A program made the position numbers and the translations under genes. This document shows positions 1 to 8,780 of a stretch of DNA of 64,000 nucleotides, piece by piece. The stretch lies in assembly GCA_947442475.1 (NCBI GenBank), contig CANEVP010000005.1, positions 4,308 to 68,307 on the forward strand, read 5' to 3'. Position 1 is the first letter of the stretch; every line of letters starts with the position of its first letter. This DNA comes from Rickettsiales bacterium. GTDB taxonomy: Bacteria > Pseudomonadota > Alphaproteobacteria > Rickettsiales > UBA1997. The notes beneath the pieces were generated by a model. That model ran no database searches. It had not been told where the DNA came from and saw only the letters and a program-made list of their open reading frames with translations.

Positions 1-62
1 GACCCCTTCATTCGACGGGGTGAAAACTGAGAGCGAATTGCAACCAACAGCAAATTTTAAGC

Positions 63-107
63 AAAAAAAAGCCGGTGAGTTTTTTAAAAACTCACCGGCT
101 TTTTTTA
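63..107. terminator. Bidirectional rho-independent terminator downstream of pccB
   Basis: Perfect 11-bp stem agccggtgagt/actcaccggct (70-80 / 90-100) with a 9-nt loop. Flanked by an A8 run on the left and a T-run on the right. Lies just beyond the pccB stop (124). Confidence 0.75.
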
Positions 108-123
108 ATTTTTTTCCCTCAAC

Positions 124-1659
124 CTACATCGGCAAGTTGTCGTGCTTTTTCCAAGGCTTGATTACTTTTTTATTCTTCAAAATTTGCAAAGAAGCACAGA
201 TTCTTTTGCGAGTATTTTGCGGACGAATCACTTCGTCAATAAAACCGCGAGATGCTGCAACAAAAGGTGAAGCGAATTTCTCACGATATTCAGCAACACG
301 TTTTGCTTTGCTTTCTGGATTTTTCGCATCTTCGCGGAAGATAATTTCAACCGCACCTTCAGGGCCCATTACCGCGATTTCAGCGTTAGCCCAAGCGTAA
401 TTTACGTCACCTTTTAGGTGCTTTGAATTCATTACAATGTATGCACCGCCGTAAGCTTTGCGGGTAACAACAGTGATTTTTGGCACTGTCGCTTCACCGT
501 AAGCGTAAAGCAATTTTGCACCGTGTTTAATGATGCCAGCATGTTCTTGGTCGGTGCCGGGTAAAAATCCTGGAACGTCAACAAAAGTTAAAATCGGAAT
601 GTTAAAAGCGTCACAAAAGCGAATAAAACGCGCCGCTTTTTCACTGGCTTTAATGTCGAGACATCCCGCCAAATGCATTGGCTGGTTGGCCACAATTCCA
701 ATAGTTTCGCCTTCCAAACGCCCGAACCCAACCATGATATTTTTAGCGTAGTTGGGGTGAATCTCGAAAAAATCACCTTCGTCCAAAATTTTCTCAACTA
801 GCTCTGACATGTCGTAAGGCTGGTTGGTATTGTCTGGAATCAAAGTGTTTAGCGAAACGTCAACGCGATCAGCTTCGTCAACAGTTGGAATTTGCGGCGA
901 TGGCTTTTGGTTGGAAAGCGGCAAGAAATTAATCAAACGACGCGCTTGCAAAAGCGCTTCAATGTCGCTTTTGAAAGTTAAGTGAGCCACGCCACTTTTG
1001 CTGCCGTGAACTGAAGCTCCACCCAATTCTTCTTGAGTAACGTTTTCGTGAGTAACGGTTTTAACCACGTCTGGACCCGTCACAAACATGTAAGAAGAAT
1101 TTTCTACCATGATTGTGAAGTCAGTTAGTGCCGGTGAATAAACCGCACCCCCCGCGCAGGGCCCCATGATTAGAGAAATTTGCGGAACCACGCCACTGGC
1201 GTCAATATTTCGTTGGAAAATTTCGCCGTAGCCACCGAGTGAATCGACACCTTCTTGAATTCTGGCTCCGCCCGAATCGTTAATGCCAATTACGGGAGCG
1301 CCCACTTGCATGGCGCGATCTAAAACTTGGCAGATTTTTTTGGCGTGAGCTTCACCCAAAGATCCGCCCATTACGGTGAAATCTTGACTATAAACAAAAA
1401 CGAGGCGGCCATTGATGGTGCCTTGACCTGTAACGACGCCATCACCGGGATGCTTTTTGTCATCCATGTCAAAATCGGTGCAGCGATGTTCAACGTAAAG
1501 ACCATATTCTTCGAAAGAATCGGGATCCAAAAGAACCTCGATTCTTTCGCGAGCGGTTAATTTTCCTTTTGAATGCTGCAGGTCGATTCTTTTTTGACCG
1601 CCGCCGATTCTAGCTTCTTCGCGCTTTGAAGCTAGTTTTGCAATATTTGGAGAACGCAT
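124..1659 (-). CDS. pccB: Propionyl-CoA carboxylase beta chain (carboxyltransferase subunit)
   Basis: 511 aa. Full-length carboxyltransferase pattern: [72 protein letters not shown], and the C-terminal ANQP...AGCLD half. Confidence 0.9.
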   Translation of the reverse strand: MRSPNIAKLASKREEARIGGGQKRIDLQHSKGKLTARERIEVLLDPDSFEEYGLYVEHRCTDFDMDDKKHPGDGVVTGQGTINGRLVFVYSQDFTVMGGSLGEAHAKKICQVLDRAMQVGAPVIGINDSGGARIQEGVDSLGGYGEIFQRNIDASGVVPQISLIMGPCAGGAVYSPALTDFTIMVENSSYMFVTGPDVVKTVTHENVTQEELGGASVHGSKSGVAHLTFKSDIEALLQARRLINFLPLSNQKPSPQIPTVDEADRVDVSLNTLIPDNTNQPYDMSELVEKILDEGDFFEIHPNYAKNIMVGFGRLEGETIGIVANQPMHLAGCLDIKASEKAARFIRFCDAFNIPILTFVDVPGFLPGTDQEHAGIIKHGAKLLYAYGEATVPKITVVTRKAYGGAYIVMNSKHLKGDVNYAWANAEIAVMGPEGAVEIIFREDAKNPESKAKRVAEYREKFASPFVAASRGFIDEVIRPQNTRKRICASLQILKNKKVIKPWKKHDNLPM

Positions 1660-1672
1660 GTTTTTTAAAAAA

Positions 1673-2347
1673 TTAGTTCAATTTCGCAATAATAGTTTCG
1701 CCGCCGATCATGGTTTGACCAATCAAAGATTTGATCGAAACATCTTCCGGCAAATAAATGTCAGCGCGGCTGCCAAAACGAATAATGCCGTAGCGATCAC
1801 CCATCGTAACTTCTTGGCCTTCTTTGATTTCAGAAACGATACGACGCGCCACTAATCCGGCGATTTGTACAAAGATTATTTCGGTGCCATTAGCAGTTTT
1901 TACAATCACTGAATTTCTTTCATTTTCGGCACTGGCTTCATCAGCATTGGCACTCAAAAATTTACCAGGTTTGTAACTAACTTTTGTTACGGTGCCGCTT
2001 ACAGGAACACGGTTTACGTGAACGTTAAATACGTTTAAAAACACGGTGATTTTGTTGAATTTTTTATTGCCGTAGCCCAAGTCGTCTGGGGCTTCAACTA
2101 AGTAATCAACGCGAGTAACAACACCATCCGCTGGGCTGATGATCACATTTTCTTCAACTGGCATAACTCTTTCGGGATCACGGAAGAAAAATACGCACCA
2201 CAAAGTTGCGACAAGTCCGATTAAGCCGAGAGTGTTGCTTAACATGGCAAGAAGCGCGGTTACTAAAGCGAAGATGATGATGAATTTGTAGCCTTCTTTG
2301 TGGATTGCAAAAGTGACTAATTTTAGAGCGTCTAGGAAGTGAGTCAT
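1673..2347 (-). CDS. psd: Phosphatidylserine decarboxylase proenzyme (short alphaproteobacterial type)
   Basis: 224 aa. N-terminal TM segments, [10 protein letters not shown] motif, and the RFGSR self-cleavage (G-S) site near the C-terminus. Confidence 0.85.
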   Translation of the reverse strand: MTHFLDALKLVTFAIHKEGYKFIIIFALVTALLAMLSNTLGLIGLVATLWCVFFFRDPERVMPVEENVIISPADGVVTRVDYLVEAPDDLGYGNKKFNKITVFLNVFNVHVNRVPVSGTVTKVSYKPGKFLSANADEASAENERNSVIVKTANGTEIIFVQIAGLVARRIVSEIKEGQEVTMGDRYGIIRFGSRADIYLPEDVSIKSLIGQTMIGGETIIAKLN

Positions 2348-2399
2348 AAAAAAATTTATTAAGATTAATTAGTGCTTGTGATCGATTAGTGCGGCGAGA

Positions 2400-2431
2400 C
2401 TCGTCATCCTAAAAAATTCGAGGATGACGAG
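2400..2431 (-). terminator. Hairpin between tig stop and psd start (possible attenuating terminator)
   Basis: 11-bp perfect stem ctcgtcatcct/aggatgacgag with a 10-nt A/T loop, 9 nt after the tig stop. No clear U-run on the minus strand, so only weak terminator support. Confidence 0.3.
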
Positions 2432-2439
2432 ATATTTAT

Positions 2440-3783
2440 TTATTCAACTTCGCTGGCTTTTTGCCAAAGCTTATCCAGCTCTTTTAGCGAAACTTTTTTC
2501 TTTTCCAGTCCAGAATTGCTCAAGATGAAATCGATAGTTTTTTCTTCAATGATTGAGCCACGAAGCTGTTGTACCGCGCTCGCATTTTTTTGGTAGTAAT
2601 CAAGGACGGCTTTTTCTTGGTTTGGGAAGCGCGCCAAGATTTTGCCGATTTCTTGGTTCAAATCGTCGTTAGTAACTTCAACTTTATTTTTTTGCGCCAA
2701 GTCAGAAAGGATCATTCCGCAACGGATCATGCGCTGGGCAATTTCGCGTTTTTTCTCTTTGGCTTTTTCTTTTTCTTTGTCGTTTTTGAATTTATTTGGA
2801 TTGGTTTTTAGCTCTTCTTCAGTTTCAGCCCAAAGGTTGGCAAGCTGCTCTTCAACAAGACCTGCTGGCAATTCGAAATCATGTTTTTTATTCAAGAAAT
2901 CGAAAAGTTCTTTTTTGAATAAGTTGCGTTCTATGCTTTGGTAATTGTCGGCAATTTGCTTTTTCACTGCTTCTTCAAGCTTAGCTTTGCTTTCTAGTCC
3001 GAAATTATTTTTGATAAATTCTTCGTTAATTTCTGGCATTTCAGCAGCTAAAACATCGTTGATTTTAACTTCAAATTCAGCGGCTTTTCCAGCGAATTCT
3101 TCTTTTTGATATTCTTTAGGAAATTTCACTTTTACGCGAACTTCGTCGCCGGCTTTTTTACCCACAAGCTGCTCTTCAAAATCATCGATGAAGCTTTTAC
3201 TACCAAGCTCTAGCTGATAACCTTTGGCAGCGCCTCCTTCGAATTCTACTTTGTCAATTCTGCCTAAATAATCGATGTTAACTGAGTCGCCCAATTTGGC
3301 TTTTTCAGACGCTGCCTTTGGATTCCATTTACGATAAAATTTTAACAATTTTGTTAAGGATTCATCGAGGTCAGCAGCAGAAATTTCTGAATCTCTTTTG
3401 ATGACTTTGATTTTGTTTAATTCCACTTCCGGCACTTGCGGGTAAAGTTCCATTACCGCTGTGAACTCAACATCTTTACCAGCCTCAAAAGTTTTGATGT
3501 CGATTTTTGGCGTAAGCGCCAGTTTGATATTGTTGTCGGTAACGATTTTTTTAACCGCGTCATTGATGATTTTGTCTGATTCATCAGCCATGATTGAGGC
3601 TTCGTATTTTTCTTTAATCACCGCAGCAGGAACTTGTCCTTTGCGGAAACCTTTTAGTGAAAAATTGCCACGAACTTTCTCGATATAATCGTTAACTTTT
3701 GTCTCGATTAATTGACGAGGAATTACGACGTGAAAATCTTTTTTAAGTTTTTTGTCGAAGGTATTTTTGATTTGTATTTCCAT
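2440..3783 (-). CDS. tig: Trigger factor
   Basis: 447 aa. N-terminal ribosome-binding signature GFRKGQVP, a central FKBP-like region (DSVNIDYLGRIDKVEFEGGAAKGY) and the C-terminal helical arm. Confidence 0.9.
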   Translation of the reverse strand: MEIQIKNTFDKKLKKDFHVVIPRQLIETKVNDYIEKVRGNFSLKGFRKGQVPAAVIKEKYEASIMADESDKIINDAVKKIVTDNNIKLALTPKIDIKTFEAGKDVEFTAVMELYPQVPEVELNKIKVIKRDSEISAADLDESLTKLLKFYRKWNPKAASEKAKLGDSVNIDYLGRIDKVEFEGGAAKGYQLELGSKSFIDDFEEQLVGKKAGDEVRVKVKFPKEYQKEEFAGKAAEFEVKINDVLAAEMPEINEEFIKNNFGLESKAKLEEAVKKQIADNYQSIERNLFKKELFDFLNKKHDFELPAGLVEEQLANLWAETEEELKTNPNKFKNDKEKEKAKEKKREIAQRMIRCGMILSDLAQKNKVEVTNDDLNQEIGKILARFPNQEKAVLDYYQKNASAVQQLRGSIIEEKTIDFILSNSGLEKKKVSLKELDKLWQKASEVE

Positions 3784-4155
3784 TGATAAAGCCTTGATTT
3801 GTAAGGATTGAAATAAGCTTGCGGTCAGATACGCAAAATGAACTTTAGTGATCTTTTTTCGAAGAAAAAATGAGGCGCGAATTTAAAAAGAAGTGATGAA
3901 AAATAGCAATCTGTTCGTGGCAAAATTGTGAAAAAAAATTGCTGATTTTTTTGGAAAAAAAAGAGGGGAGTTTGGTAAATTTACAAAGCTATTTACAAAG
4001 CTACTGGGGAAGTAAATTTGCGCCTTGTATCGAGATTGTCTCGAGAACCCTACTTCGCTATTCAGGCTACGGAGGGCATCCTTCACTCTAACACTCTCTG
4101 GCCTGACATTTCAGCTAAAGCGGGCCTGCTATCCGAAGCTCGTAAGAGCGAAGGA

Positions 4156-4240
4156 TGGTGCGGATAGAGGGACTTGAACCCACATGCCTTGCGGCGCTAG
4201 ATCCTAAGTCTAGTGCGTCTGCCAATTTCGCCATATCCGC
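4156..4240 (-). tRNA. tRNA-Leu (anticodon TAG), CCA encoded
   Basis: Hand-folded from the reverse complement GCGGATATGGCGAAATTGGCAGACGCACTAGACTTAGGATCTAGCGCCGCAAGGCATGTGGGTTCAAGTCCCTCTATCCGCACCA. 7-bp acceptor GCGGATA/TATCCGC, anticodon stem CTAGA/TCTAG with loop CTTAGGA, long variable arm (type II) and a TTCAAGT T-loop. One T-T mismatch in the T-stem. Confidence 0.85.
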
Positions 4241-4294
4241 ATATAAAAAGAGAAAGTCCGATTTGGCTAATCGGACTTTGGAAGATCTTTAGAA

Positions 4295-4555
4295 CTAACT
4301 TGCAGCAACTACGTCGATGAAAGTTCTTTTATTGTGAGCTGATTTTACAAAAGTCACGATGCCAGCAATTTTAGCAAAAATCGTGTGATCTTTGCCAATG
4401 CCAACATTTTTTCTTGGATGCCATTGAGTTCCTCTTTGGCGAACAATGATGTTGCCTGCGATTACTGCTTGACCACCGTATTTTTTAACTCCAAGTCTTC
4501 TACCAGCCGAATCACGGCCGTTTCTCGAACTACCACCAGCTTTCTTCGATGCCAT
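4295..4555 (-). CDS. rpmA: 50S ribosomal protein L27
   Basis: 86 aa starting [29 protein letters not shown]...[10 protein letters not shown], the canonical L27 sequence. Confidence 0.95.
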   Translation of the reverse strand: MASKKAGGSSRNGRDSAGRRLGVKKYGGQAVIAGNIIVRQRGTQWHPRKNVGIGKDHTIFAKIAGIVTFVKSAHNKRTFIDVVAAS

Positions 4556-4610
4556 GGTTTCTCCTGATAATTATACAGAAACTTTGGGAACAAGCCCAAG
4601 CCCCGTACGG

Positions 4611-4925
4611 CTACGCCTTAATTGATAAAATTTTCAGCAATGTTTGTTGCTGACGATGACCTTGTTTTCTGCGAGAGTTTTGTCTTCTTCTTTTTTTGAA
4701 GATAATAACTTTGTCGTCTTTGAAAGTTTTTACGATTTCAGCTTCAACCTTTGCACCGGAAACCAGAGGGCTGCCGAAAGAGATTTCACCTGCATCAGAC
4801 TTAACTAACAAAACTTTGTCTATTGTAACTTTTGAACCGGCTTCGCCGATAAGTTTTTCAACAATAATTTTTTCATTGGCGCAAACGCGATATTGCTTTC
4901 CGCCAGTTTCGATAATAGCAAACAT
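4611..4925 (-). CDS. rplU: 50S ribosomal protein L21
   Basis: Canonical L21 start MFAIIETGGKQYRV at the internal Met (ATG at 4925-4923). The 23 extra N-terminal codons in the track ORF look spurious. Forms the usual rplU-rpmA pair. Confidence 0.9.
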   Translation of the reverse strand: MFAIIETGGKQYRVCANEKIIVEKLIGEAGSKVTIDKVLLVKSDAGEISFGSPLVSGAKVEAEIVKTFKDDKVIIFKKRRRQNSRRKQGHRQQQTLLKILSIKA

Positions 4926-5122
4926 AAGAGATTTAAAAATGAGAACAGCTTTAAAAAAGGTCGCGCAACTTATTTTTGGCGATCTGTTTGTCAATCATTT
5001 CTTTTTAGAGTGATTTTTGAACTGAATAAAAAATTCTAAAAATCTGTCGCTTGAAAAAATTTTATCGCCACCTAAAAACCGCCCACATTCCTTAAAAAAA
5101 CAACCCCAACCCGTATAAATTT

Positions 5123-5692
5123 ATGAAAAATCTTTTTAAAATTCTAACTTTCGTAACCTTAATTTTTTCTACCATGAGTCAAGCTTCTGCTGCTAAAGCA
5201 AGCACAAAAAACGATTTGGAAAACACTCTTTATATCGACCTTAAATATGGTCGCGTAGTAATTGAATTGCTACCACAAATTGCCCCGCAACATGTTGAGC
5301 GCATTAAAACATTAGCTCGCCAAAAGTTTTATGACGGCATTGTTTTTCACCGCGTAATTGACGGCTTCATGGCGCAAACTGGCGATCCTACAGGCACCGG
5401 CATGGGCGGCAGCAAATTGCAAGATTTAAGAGCTGAATTTTCTGATGAACCACACATTCGCGGCACTCTTTCAATGGCCCGCTCTTCTGCTCCAAACAGC
5501 GCCAATAGCCAATTTTTTATTGTGACTAGCGATTCAAGATTTTTGGATAATCAATATAGTGTTTGGGGACGCGTGATTAAAGGCATGGAGTTCGTCGATA
5601 AAATCAAAAAAGGCGCTGGACGTGACGGTAAAGTTATTGAACCAGATGTTATGCTAAAAGTTCGCGTTGCTGCTGACGCTGAGAAAAAATAA
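5123..5692 (+). CDS. Peptidyl-prolyl cis-trans isomerase, cyclophilin type, secreted
   Basis: 189 aa. N-terminal signal peptide (…SQASAAKA). Cyclophilin motifs FHRVIDGFMAQTGDP and SMARSSAPNSANSQFFI. Confidence 0.9.
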   Translation: MKNLFKILTFVTLIFSTMSQASAAKASTKNDLENTLYIDLKYGRVVIELLPQIAPQHVERIKTLARQKFYDGIVFHRVIDGFMAQTGDPTGTGMGGSKLQDLRAEFSDEPHIRGTLSMARSSAPNSANSQFFIVTSDSRFLDNQYSVWGRVIKGMEFVDKIKKGAGRDGKVIEPDVMLKVRVAADAEKK

Positions 5693-5695
5693 TCT

Positions 5696-6052
5696 ATGAT
5701 TTACGACTCAAACAACGTTTTTGCTAAAATTATTCGCGGCGAAATTCCGGCGCAAAAAGTTTACGAAGACGAAAAAGTTTTAGCCTTTCACGATATTTCA
5801 AAAACTGCTCCACTTCACGTTTTAGTAATTCCAAAAGGTGAATATTTAGATTTTTCTGATTTTGCCTCAAAGGCAAAATCAGAAGAAATTTCCCACTTTT
5901 TTCAAAAAGTTGACGAAGTTGTAAAGCTGGCGGGAGCCAAAAAATCGGGCTTTCGCTTGATTTCAAATGTGGGCTTAGATGCCAATCAAAGCGTGTCACA
6001 TTTTCATGTGCATATTTTGGCAGGCAAAAACTTAGGACCATTAATTGCGTAA
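5696..6052 (+). CDS. HIT family nucleotide hydrolase (HinT-like)
   Basis: 118 aa with the histidine-triad motif SVSHFHVHILAG and the N-terminal FAKIIRGEIPA. Confidence 0.85.
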   Translation: MIYDSNNVFAKIIRGEIPAQKVYEDEKVLAFHDISKTAPLHVLVIPKGEYLDFSDFASKAKSEEISHFFQKVDEVVKLAGAKKSGFRLISNVGLDANQSVSHFHVHILAGKNLGPLIA

Positions 6053-6069
6053 TTTTAATCGAGGTAAAA

Positions 6070-7269
6070 ATGGATAAAAAAATGCACGAAGCCACTCGCG
6101 TTGTTCACGCGGGACGCAATCCAAAAGAGCAAGGCTGGATGGTTAATCCGCCGATTTATCAAACCTCAACCATCGTTTTTCCAACGCTAAAAGACTTGAT
6201 TTACGCTGAGCGCGGCTATTCCAACAATGATTTAGTTGAGCCTTACGAATTAAAATATGGTCGCTACGGCACCCAAACCAATTTCGCTCTAGAAAAAGCC
6301 ATCGCCGAAATCGATGGCGGATATAATTCTTTCGTAACTTCTTCTGGAGCTGCGGCAATTAACACCGCTTTAGTCGCTTTTTTAAAGCAAGGCGACCATA
6401 TGTTATTGGTTGATAATGTTTACTCTCCAACTCGCAGTTTTGCTGATAAATTTTTGAAAAAACTGGGCATCGAAACCACTTACTACGATCCATTGATTGG
6501 CGAAGATATTAAAAAACTGATCAAGAAAAATACTAAAGTGATTTTCATGGAAAGCCCTGGCTCTCTAAGCTTTGAAGTGCAAGACGTTGCGGCGATTTGC
6601 AAAGTGGCTAAAAAACATGGCGTCACAACAATTGTTGATAACTCTTGGGCTAGTGGCATTTACTTTAAACCACTTGAACATGGCGCTGATGTTGTGGTGA
6701 CGGCACTTACCAAATATATCAACGGACATTCCGACGTGATGATGGGCGCAATTACCGTTCAAGAAAAAGATTTTCGCGTGATGTATGAAGCTTTTAGATA
6801 TATGGCTGTAACTGCTGCTCCATTTTCTTCTTACATGGTGCAACGCGGTCTTCGCACTTCCAAAATTCGTATGGATCACTGCGCCAAAACAGCGCTTGAA
6901 TTAGCACAGTGGCTTGAATCAAGATCGGAAGTTTCGAAAATTCTTTATCCAGCTTTAGAATCAGACGCTGGTCACAAGCTGTGGAAACGTGATTTCACTG
7001 GTGCTGCTGGCTTATTCACGATTATCTTGGATCGCAAATATTCCAACGAATCTCTGGCTCGAATGGTTGATAAACTTCACTATTACAGCATGGGCTATTC
7101 TTGGGGTGGCTACGAATCACTGATTCTTCCAATTGATGCAACCCATGTCAGAAGCGTCACCAAATGGCCTTATGGCGACAAGACTTGCCTTAGAATCAAT
7201 ATTGGCTTGGAAGATATCGAAGATTTGAAATCTGACCTAGAAGCCGGCTTTAAAAGGCTGAGAAAATAA
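6070..7269 (+). CDS. metC: Cystathionine beta-lyase (PLP-dependent)
   Basis: 399 aa, colinear with the E. coli MetC pattern: YGRYGT, ESPGS, the TKY(I/L)xGHSD PLP-lysine motif, FWKRDFTGAAGLF, YSWGGYESLI and RI(N/H)IGLED. Confidence 0.85.
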   Translation: MDKKMHEATRVVHAGRNPKEQGWMVNPPIYQTSTIVFPTLKDLIYAERGYSNNDLVEPYELKYGRYGTQTNFALEKAIAEIDGGYNSFVTSSGAAAINTALVAFLKQGDHMLLVDNVYSPTRSFADKFLKKLGIETTYYDPLIGEDIKKLIKKNTKVIFMESPGSLSFEVQDVAAICKVAKKHGVTTIVDNSWASGIYFKPLEHGADVVVTALTKYINGHSDVMMGAITVQEKDFRVMYEAFRYMAVTAAPFSSYMVQRGLRTSKIRMDHCAKTALELAQWLESRSEVSKILYPALESDAGHKLWKRDFTGAAGLFTIILDRKYSNESLARMVDKLHYYSMGYSWGGYESLILPIDATHVRSVTKWPYGDKTCLRINIGLEDIEDLKSDLEAGFKRLRK

Positions 7270-7328
7270 TACAAAAAATCAAAATATCGCAAGCCGCAGA
7301 ATAAGATTTCAATAAGGTTTACGATATT

Positions 7329-7739
7329 TTGATGTATGAGGCGGTTAATCCTTTCATAAATTATCCGGTGCTCAGTAAGGATGATTTTCAAGAAATATGG
7401 CGTGATATTTTTAACCTCCTGCATCTTTGGAGGGATGAAGATGAAGTGCTAGGCTTAGTAGTAATTAGCACAGGCACCCACCGCATAAAACACATCGCCT
7501 ATCTGGATAAATTAGCGATTAATCAATCTCTCGAACAGAGAAAAGGCCTAGGCACAATTTTTTTCCAAGAAATCTTTTCTTCTTTGCACACCGAAGGCTT
7601 TACCAAAATTGAGCTCGGCGCTGAAGTGGATAATAAACGCGCAATTTCTTTCGGCTTTGTTATTGAAGGTGTGCAAAAAAACCTCTTAAACCGCGAAGAT
7701 GAATTTGTAGATAATTACTACATGGCGAAGATGTTGTAA
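7329..7739 (+). CDS. GNAT-family acetyltransferase-like protein, short or possibly degenerate
   Basis: 136 aa. Has a Q/RxxGxG-like acetyl-CoA motif (QRKGLGTIFFQE) and a C-terminal GFVIEGV...F block. The N-terminal part of a normal GNAT fold seems to be missing, and the start is a TTG/ATG doublet. Confidence 0.45.
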   Translation: MMYEAVNPFINYPVLSKDDFQEIWRDIFNLLHLWRDEDEVLGLVVISTGTHRIKHIAYLDKLAINQSLEQRKGLGTIFFQEIFSSLHTEGFTKIELGAEVDNKRAISFGFVIEGVQKNLLNREDEFVDNYYMAKML

Positions 7740-7755
7740 CTCTCCCCCCTAACTC

Positions 7756-7855
7756 TATAGGTCCCTGAGCAAAGCACGTAGTGCGTCGTCGAAGGGCCGG
7801 AACACCTAGTTTCAGGCCCTTCGACGACGCACTACGTGCTTTGCTCAGGGACCTA
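7756..7855. repeat. 100-bp perfect palindromic element, copy 1 (REP/RPE-like)
   Basis: 42-nt left arm (7756-7797) is the exact reverse complement of the right arm (7814-7855); 16-nt loop ggaacacctagtttca. Sits between convergent genes. A second copy lies at 63068-63162. Confidence 0.9.
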
Positions 7856-7882
7856 TGACTACTTTAACCCCAAACACAAAAA

Positions 7883-7912
7883 AGCCGGCCCTTCTTTTTA
7901 GAAGAGTCGGCT
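7883..7912. terminator. Hairpin terminator between GNAT-like gene and rpmB
   Basis: Imperfect stem agccggcccttc / gaagagtcggct, preceded by an A-run and followed by a T-run (…ggctttttaaat). Confidence 0.5.
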
Positions 7913-7939
7913 TTTTAAATTTGTACCAGAAAGCGATCT

Positions 7940-8302
7940 TTAAGCAGCAGCTTTAACTACTTTTGCTTTGATTGGGGCTTTCTTTTCTTTAACTGTTTGC
8001 ACTTCGCTTAGAGTGCCAGACTTGATCAATTTTTTCTTGATTTGTCTTCTAAGTTTTTGAGCAGATTCAGTAAGCTTAGAGTAACGATAATTTACCAAAA
8101 AATTATCAATATTTCCGAACTTATTAACTGTTCTAAGAGTTGAAGCGGCAATCTTTAGAGAGATATCTGCTCCAAGAGTTTCGCTCTTGAAAGAGAGTGT
8201 TTTTAAATTTGGTAAAAATCTTCTTCTTGTTTTGCGGTTAGAGTGAGAAACCTTGTTTCCACTCATCACGCCAACAGAAAGTAATTCGCATTTTCTAGAC
8301 AT
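7940..8302 (-). CDS. rpmB: 50S ribosomal protein L28 with Lys-rich C-terminal tail
   Basis: 120 aa starting MSRKCELLSVGVMSGNKVSHSNRKTRRRFLPNL, the canonical L28 N-terminus. About 20 extra Lys/Ala-rich residues at the C-terminus. Confidence 0.9.
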   Translation of the reverse strand: MSRKCELLSVGVMSGNKVSHSNRKTRRRFLPNLKTLSFKSETLGADISLKIAASTLRTVNKFGNIDNFLVNYRYSKLTESAQKLRRQIKKKLIKSGTLSEVQTVKEKKAPIKAKVVKAAA

Positions 8303-8320
8303 TTGTGAGAAGTAATAAAA

Positions 8321-8674
8321 TTATATACAGTTGTAAGCGCCTTCACCAGAGATGGCGGCTACGATTGTTGGAGCGCCAAACATTGCAGCAATACCCATTG
8401 CAACACCGATCATCAAACCCCAAGAAACTTTACCTGTGAAGAAACCGATACCAACTGAGATAATTGCAAAAGCCGCGAAAGCTTTACCGCCGTTACCAGT
8501 AACAATTTTAAGTGCGTTACACATGGTGTAAACAAGAACGTTAGAGTTAACATCATTAGGAGCAGTTGCAGCAAAAGCGTCAGATGACAAAACCGGTACA
8601 ATCGCCGGGGCAACTGCTAAAAAGATAAAAGACAGAAGAGCTGCTTTCACCAAAAAAGAAGAAAGTTTTTTCAT
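8321..8674 (-). CDS. virB2: TrbC/VirB2-like type IV secretion pilin candidate
   Basis: 117 aa. Long signal-like leader ending SDAFA|A, then two hydrophobic, Gly/Ala-rich segments separated by a short polar loop (FFTGKVSWG). This size and architecture are typical of VirB2 pilins. virB4 and virB6 are present elsewhere in the window. Confidence 0.5.
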   Translation of the reverse strand: MKKLSSFLVKAALLSFIFLAVAPAIVPVLSSDAFAATAPNDVNSNVLVYTMCNALKIVTGNGGKAFAAFAIISVGIGFFTGKVSWGLMIGVAMGIAAMFGAPTIVAAISGEGAYNCI

Positions 8675-8780
8675 AGTTTTTAATTTTGTTTAAAAGAGAG
8701 TAGAATCCAAAAATCTAATGATTTGTAAGGCGGGGCGCACCTTGTCGAAGTTGTTTTAAAATTGCAACAGGGAATTTTTA

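Noticed and set aside
1-35. GC-rich mini-hairpin ccccttcattcgacgggg, resembling cccccgtcattcgacgggg at 23582-23600 (after rpoD). Possibly a second small repeat family.
   Set aside because: The shared exact core is only about 13 nt (17/18 with one mismatch). By my rough estimate, several such matches are expected by chance in 64 kb on both strands, and copy 1 is at the window edge. That is not enough to call a repeat family.
20-400. Track ORF of 126 aa on the plus strand at the window start. The same applies to many other 60-130-aa track ORFs lying antisense or out of frame within strong genes, e.g. 530-751, 1327-1560, 2569-2944, 11350-11700, 40011-40592, 54885-55520, 57460-58026, 58996-59460.
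   Set aside because: They lie entirely inside well-supported conserved genes on the opposite strand or in another frame, have low-complexity or odd composition, and show no recognisable motifs. They are most simply explained as chance ORFs in AT-rich DNA.
3883-4086. 67-aa minus-strand ORF in the tig/tRNA-Leu gap.
   Set aside because: Phe/Ser/Asn-rich low-complexity sequence, driven partly by the tandem 12-mer. No motif and no plausible start context. The region is treated as non-coding and as a possible sRNA locus instead.
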